Below are positions 60,912 to 64,000 of a stretch of 64,000 nucleotides of DNA, piece by piece. The notes under the pieces are model-generated. The model saw only the letters and a list, made by a program, of their open reading frames with translations. It ran no database searches and had not been told where the DNA came from. How positions within the stretch are numbered: position 1 is the stretch's first letter; every line of letters begins with the position of its first letter. Position numbers and translations under genes: made by a program. This stretch comes from Terriglobia bacterium (lineage in GTDB: Bacteria; Acidobacteriota; Polarisedimenticolia; Polarisedimenticolales; JAIQFR01). The stretch is from NCBI GenBank assembly GCA_963748015.1, contig CAVVHE010000009.1:256001-320000 (forward strand), written 5' to 3'.

Positions 60912-62083
60912 TTCACCGCCTCGACGGGAGCGCGCGACACCGCGCCGCGACCGTTACCGAACGGAACCTGCACAAGGATGGTCGTGCCTCGGCCCGGCTC
61001 GGACTCGACGTTGAATTCGCCACCAACCATCTCGACACGCTCTCGCATGCCGATCAGCCCCAATCGCCCGGACCTCCTGGCAGCCAGCACGCGCGCTATC
61101 TGAAACGACTTGCCGTTGTCGTGGATTTCCAGATGAACGACGTCCCGGAGTCTCCGGATGCTGACCGTCACCAAGCTCGCTTCCGCGTGCTTTTCGACAT
61201 TGGTGAACGCTTCCTGGATGACGCGAAAAAGCACCGTTCGCTTGTCGCTGCTCAGCTGTTCTATCGCGGCGATCGTCTTGAAGTGAACGCCGATGAGGGT
61301 CCGCTTCGTGAACGCCTTCGCGTAGGAATGGAGGGCGGGATTGAGCCCCAGGTCGTCCAGAAGCGGCGGACGCAATTCCTGCGCGAACCGATGCACCGTG
61401 TTCATCGACCGCTCCACGAGCCGTTGGGTGCTGGCGATTTTCCTCGTGAGGCCCGTGGTGTTGACCGTGGCCTCCTTCCTCAATGTCGCGAGCTTGACGT
61501 TGATGGCCGTCAAGATCTGGCCGATCTCGTCGTGGAGCTCGCGGCTGATCTTCTTTCGCTCTTCCTCCTGCGAGGACAGAAGCTCGTGGGAAAGACGCCT
61601 CAGGTGCTCCTGCATGCGATGGGACCTCTCGAGCAGCTCGCCGTAGTGTCGCTGGCTTTGCTTGAGGGCGGTCTGCGCGGCCACGCGGCTCGCGATTTCG
61701 CGTTTCATTTTCCGGACGGAGGCGTCCAACGCCTCGGCCCGCCGGCGCATCTCCAGGTTCAGTTGATTCAAGCGGATGCCGGCTCTCAGCGCGCTGCGAT
61801 GGCCGTTGCCGACCGGCGTGAGGGCCTTGGCGAAAAAGCGCGCCGCACGCTTGAGATTCTCGTCGTTGCTTCTGGATGAGGGGCCCGGAGGCAACAGCCG
61901 GATCACCGCTTGTTCGTGGATCCTGATCAAGTCCAACGTGTCCAACCCGATCGCCAGGGCCTGCTGTCCGAGGTTCTCGGCCGGCCGCAAGCTCTCCCCC
62001 GGCTCCTGCTCCAGCTGTTTTCGCAGCGCCGCGACATATCGTCGCGACAAGCCGCTCGAGCTGCCTTTGGATCTGGTAGCCAT
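60908..62083 (-). CDS. Cytoplasmic HisKA_3 histidine kinase with an RsbU_N-like N-terminal domain
   Basis: YVAALR..LGQQALAIGLDTLDLIRIHEQA, RELHDEIGQ, QEAFTNVEKH, DNGKSF. Confidence 0.88.
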   Translation of the reverse strand: MATRSKGSSSGLSRRYVAALRKQLEQEPGESLRPAENLGQQALAIGLDTLDLIRIHEQAVIRLLPPGPSSRSNDENLKRAARFFAKALTPVGNGHRSALRAGIRLNQLNLEMRRRAEALDASVRKMKREIASRVAAQTALKQSQRHYGELLERSHRMQEHLRRLSHELLSSQEEERKKISRELHDEIGQILTAINVKLATLRKEATVNTTGLTRKIASTQRLVERSMNTVHRFAQELRPPLLDDLGLNPALHSYAKAFTKRTLIGVHFKTIAAIEQLSSDKRTVLFRVIQEAFTNVEKHAEASLVTVSIRRLRDVVHLEIHDNGKSFQIARVLAARRSGRLGLIGMRERVEMVGGEFNVESEPGRGTTILVQVPFGNGRGAVSRAPVEAVK

Positions 62084-62160
62084 GCGCCACCTCGATGGGT
62101 GCGACTCGTGCGCGACCTCTCTCCGGGCGTGCCGCCGGACGACACACCGTGCTCGATGTC

Positions 62161-62204
62161 ATTGTCACGCGGCGGCCTCGATCTGTCCATGGGGTAAAAC
62201 CCTA
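62161..62204 (-). promoter_or_regulatory. Regulon-type promoter of the kinase-regulator operon
   Basis: TAGGGTTTTACCCCA, TGGACA, 17 bp, GACAAT. Confidence 0.7.
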
Positions 62205-62269
62205 CCGGCCCGGGTGGCCCGCCGGACGGGGATACCGTGCCCGGAACGCACACGTCCTGCGGTCCCCGG

Positions 62270-62313
62270 TAGGGATACACCCCATCGCAGCGCGCCGGCG
62301 CGCGGCGTAACGT
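62270..62313 (+). promoter_or_regulatory. Regulon-type promoter
   Basis: TAGGGATACACCCCA, TCGCAG, 17 bp, TAACGT. Confidence 0.7.
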
Positions 62314-62344
62314 GAACAACGAAACGGAAAGAAAGGAGACGACC

Positions 62345-62497
62345 ATGTTGTGGACGATTGCGGTGGTTCTGGGGATTCTGTGGCTCCTGGGGCTAGTGTC
62401 CAGCTACACGATGGGTGGGTTCATCCACATCCTGCTGGCGCTCGCGATCATCACGGTGCTGATCAGGGTCATCCAGGGACGGCGCGTGCTGTCGTAG
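62345..62497 (+). CDS. lmo0937-family (DUF5670) small membrane protein
   Basis: MLWTIAVVL..LWLLG..GGFIHILL..RVIQGR. AAGGAG RBS. Confidence 0.9.
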   Translation: MLWTIAVVLGILWLLGLVSSYTMGGFIHILLALAIITVLIRVIQGRRVLS

Positions 62498-62596
62498 TCG
62501 GCCGTCTGTCGCGCCTCGAGCCTTCGAGGGCGCGATGAGGCCGAAGAGACAGTCCGCCATCGTATCGATCATGTCGCGTAATCTGGAGGTGTTGCC

Positions 62597-64000
62597 TTGA
62601 GATACATCGGAACGGTTGTTCTCATTATCGCAGCGGTGGCTCTCGCGGGCGTTCTCGTGACGCCGGCGCGAGCCGAGATCTCGTTCGATGTGGCCTACTC
62701 CAATCTGAACCAGCATGGATCTTGGCTCGTGTCGGCGCAGTACGGACACGTCTGGCAGCCGAGGGAATACAACCCGAATTGGAATCCCTACTACGACGGT
62801 CACTGGGTCTACACAGAAATGGGTTGGGCCTGGGTCTCGGACTACCAGTGGGGGGCCATTCCCTATCACTACGGCACATGGGTCGCCGACCCGAACGCCG
62901 GGTGGGTGTGGATTCCGGGGAACATCTGGGCGCCGTCCTGGGTCGTCTTCCGAACCGGCTCCGGTTACATCGGTTGGGCGCCCGTTCCTCCCGGCTTCTC
63001 CGTGGGCATGTCGATCGAGTTCGGAGGGCCGTCGAGCTTCGTATACGTCTCTTCCCGCGACTTTCTCGCGCCGAGACTTCGCACGTCGATCATCCCGATG
63101 AATCGCACGAACGTTTTCATCAACAACACGACGGTGGTGAACAACATCGTCGTTCAGAACAACGTCGTGGTGAATCGCGGCCCCGATTACAGGACCGTGG
63201 AGAAAGCCACCGGTCACGCCATCCGTGAGCAGCGCATCGAGAGCGTCGCCAGAGTGGCGCCATTCCAGCACGTCAGCCGTGCTCAGCTCGAGTTCGCCCC
63301 CGAGCGAGCTAAGCACGGCCTGCGGGCCGCTGAACCGGTTCCCGCGAGCCGCCCCTTGCCGGTCGCCGACACGCAAGGGTCCCCGGCGCGAAACACCTCG
63401 CCGGCCAACGCCCGGAAGACGAGCGCCCAGGCGAGCGCGGATCAGCATGCAAAGACGCAAGCGAACGCCAAGGCGAACGCGGATCAGCACGCAAAGGCGC
63501 AGGCGGACGCCCAGGCGAGCGCTGATCAGCATGCAAAGACGCAAGCGAACGCCAAGGCGAACGCGGATCAGCACGCAAAGGCGCAGGCGGACGCCAAGGC
63601 GAGCGCTGATCAGCATGCAAAGACGCAAGCGAACGCCAAGGCGAACGCGGATCAGCACGCAAAGGCGCAGGCGGACGCCAAGGCCACCGCGGATCAGAAT
63701 GCCAAGAAGCAGGCAAACGCCCAGGCGAACGCGGATCAGCACGCAAAGGCGCAGGCGAACGCCAAGGCCACCGCGGATCAGAATGCCAAGAAGCAGGCAA
63801 ACGCCAAGGCGAACGCGGATCAGCACGCCAAGGCGCAGGCGAGCGCCAAGGCCACCGCTGACCAGAATGCCAAGAAGCAGGCAAACGCCAAGGCGACCGC
63901 GGACCAGAACGCCAAGGCGCAGGCGAACGCCAAGGCGAACGCGGATCAGAATGCCAAGGCGCAAGCGGACGCGAAGGCCAAGGTGGACGCGAAGACGAAG
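62597..64000 (+). CDS. 3'-truncated DUF6600 secreted protein with an Ala/Gln/Lys repeat tail (not in the ORF track)
   Basis: TTG 62597 after GGAGG. Reads LNQHGSW..YGHVWQP..WNPYYDGHWVY..WGAIPYHYGTW..WAPSWV. Open to the window end. Confidence 0.85.
   Translation, partial: MRYIGTVVLIIAAVALAGVLVTPARAEISFDVAYSNLNQHGSWLVSAQYGHVWQPREYNPNWNPYYDGHWVYTEMGWAWVSDYQWGAIPYHYGTWVADPNAGWVWIPGNIWAPSWVVFRTGSGYIGWAPVPPGFSVGMSIEFGGPSSFVYVSSRDFLAPRLRTSIIPMNRTNVFINNTTVVNNIVVQNNVVVNRGPDYRTVEKATGHAIREQRIESVARVAPFQHVSRAQLEFAPERAKHGLRAAEPVPASRPLPVADTQGSPARNTSPANARKTSAQASADQHAKTQANAKANADQHAKAQADAQASADQHAKTQANAKANADQHAKAQADAKASADQHAKTQANAKANADQHAKAQADAKATADQNAKKQANAQANADQHAKAQANAKATADQNAKKQANAKANADQHAKAQASAKATADQNAKKQANAKATADQNAKAQANAKANADQNAKAQADAKAKVDAKTK
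63425..63970 (+). repeat. 13 tandem copies of a 42-bp coding repeat (consensus about AKANADQHAKAQAN)
   Basis: Unit GCCAAGGCGAACGCGGATCAGCACGCAAAGGCGCAGGCGGAC and variants, read directly. Confidence 0.9.

Noticed and set aside
41672..62284. The 15-bp motif as REP elements, IS ends or recombination sites
   Set aside because: Fixed spacing to -10 elements and orientation toward genes fit an activator site. No transposase or recombinase is present.
62393..63964. 523-aa minus-strand ORF with RLGVRLRL repeats
   Set aside because: Antisense shadow of the DUF6600 repeat gene.
63425..63970. 42-bp array as a CRISPR array
   Set aside because: No unique spacers, in-frame coding repeat, no cas genes in the window.
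40200..64000. Right-hand region as a mobile genomic island
   Set aside because: It looks slightly less GC-rich by eye, but I did not compute this and see no integrase, tRNA or att site.

Overview
High-GC bacterial DNA. Gene content suggests Acidobacteriota, but that is inference. Several genes carry single-base frameshifts, mostly at homopolymers, which look like long-read errors. 1-14 kb: end of a secreted cytochrome-type protein, a hemerythrin-domain gene, a DsbA-family selenoprotein (in-frame UGA in U-P-Y-C plus a SECIS-like hairpin), secreted peptidases and a NarL-type two-component pair. 14-24 kb: TMTC-like and other glycosyltransferases, then a TlpA-DUF4266/DUF3570/ApbE flavinylation operon. 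24-37 kb: two divergent sigma54 operons. One encodes TonB, M48 peptidase, two NHL propellers, an OmcE-like tetraheme (nanowire-type) cytochrome, a beta-barrel and a 12-heme cytochrome. The other encodes cytochrome b and a 20-heme cytochrome. 37-40 kb: beta-oxidation genes. 40-64 kb: a stress/envelope island with kaiC-kaiB-kaiB-PAS kinase, an RsbU_N-like kinase plus NarL regulator, an alternative sigma70, phospholipases, DUF6600 proteins and small membrane proteins. Most units in this island share one promoter design: a 15-bp TAGGGT-N3-ACCCCA site abutting a -35, then 17 bp, then a -10. The top candidates for a new system are this putative Kai-linked regulon and the OmcE-like nanowire operon.
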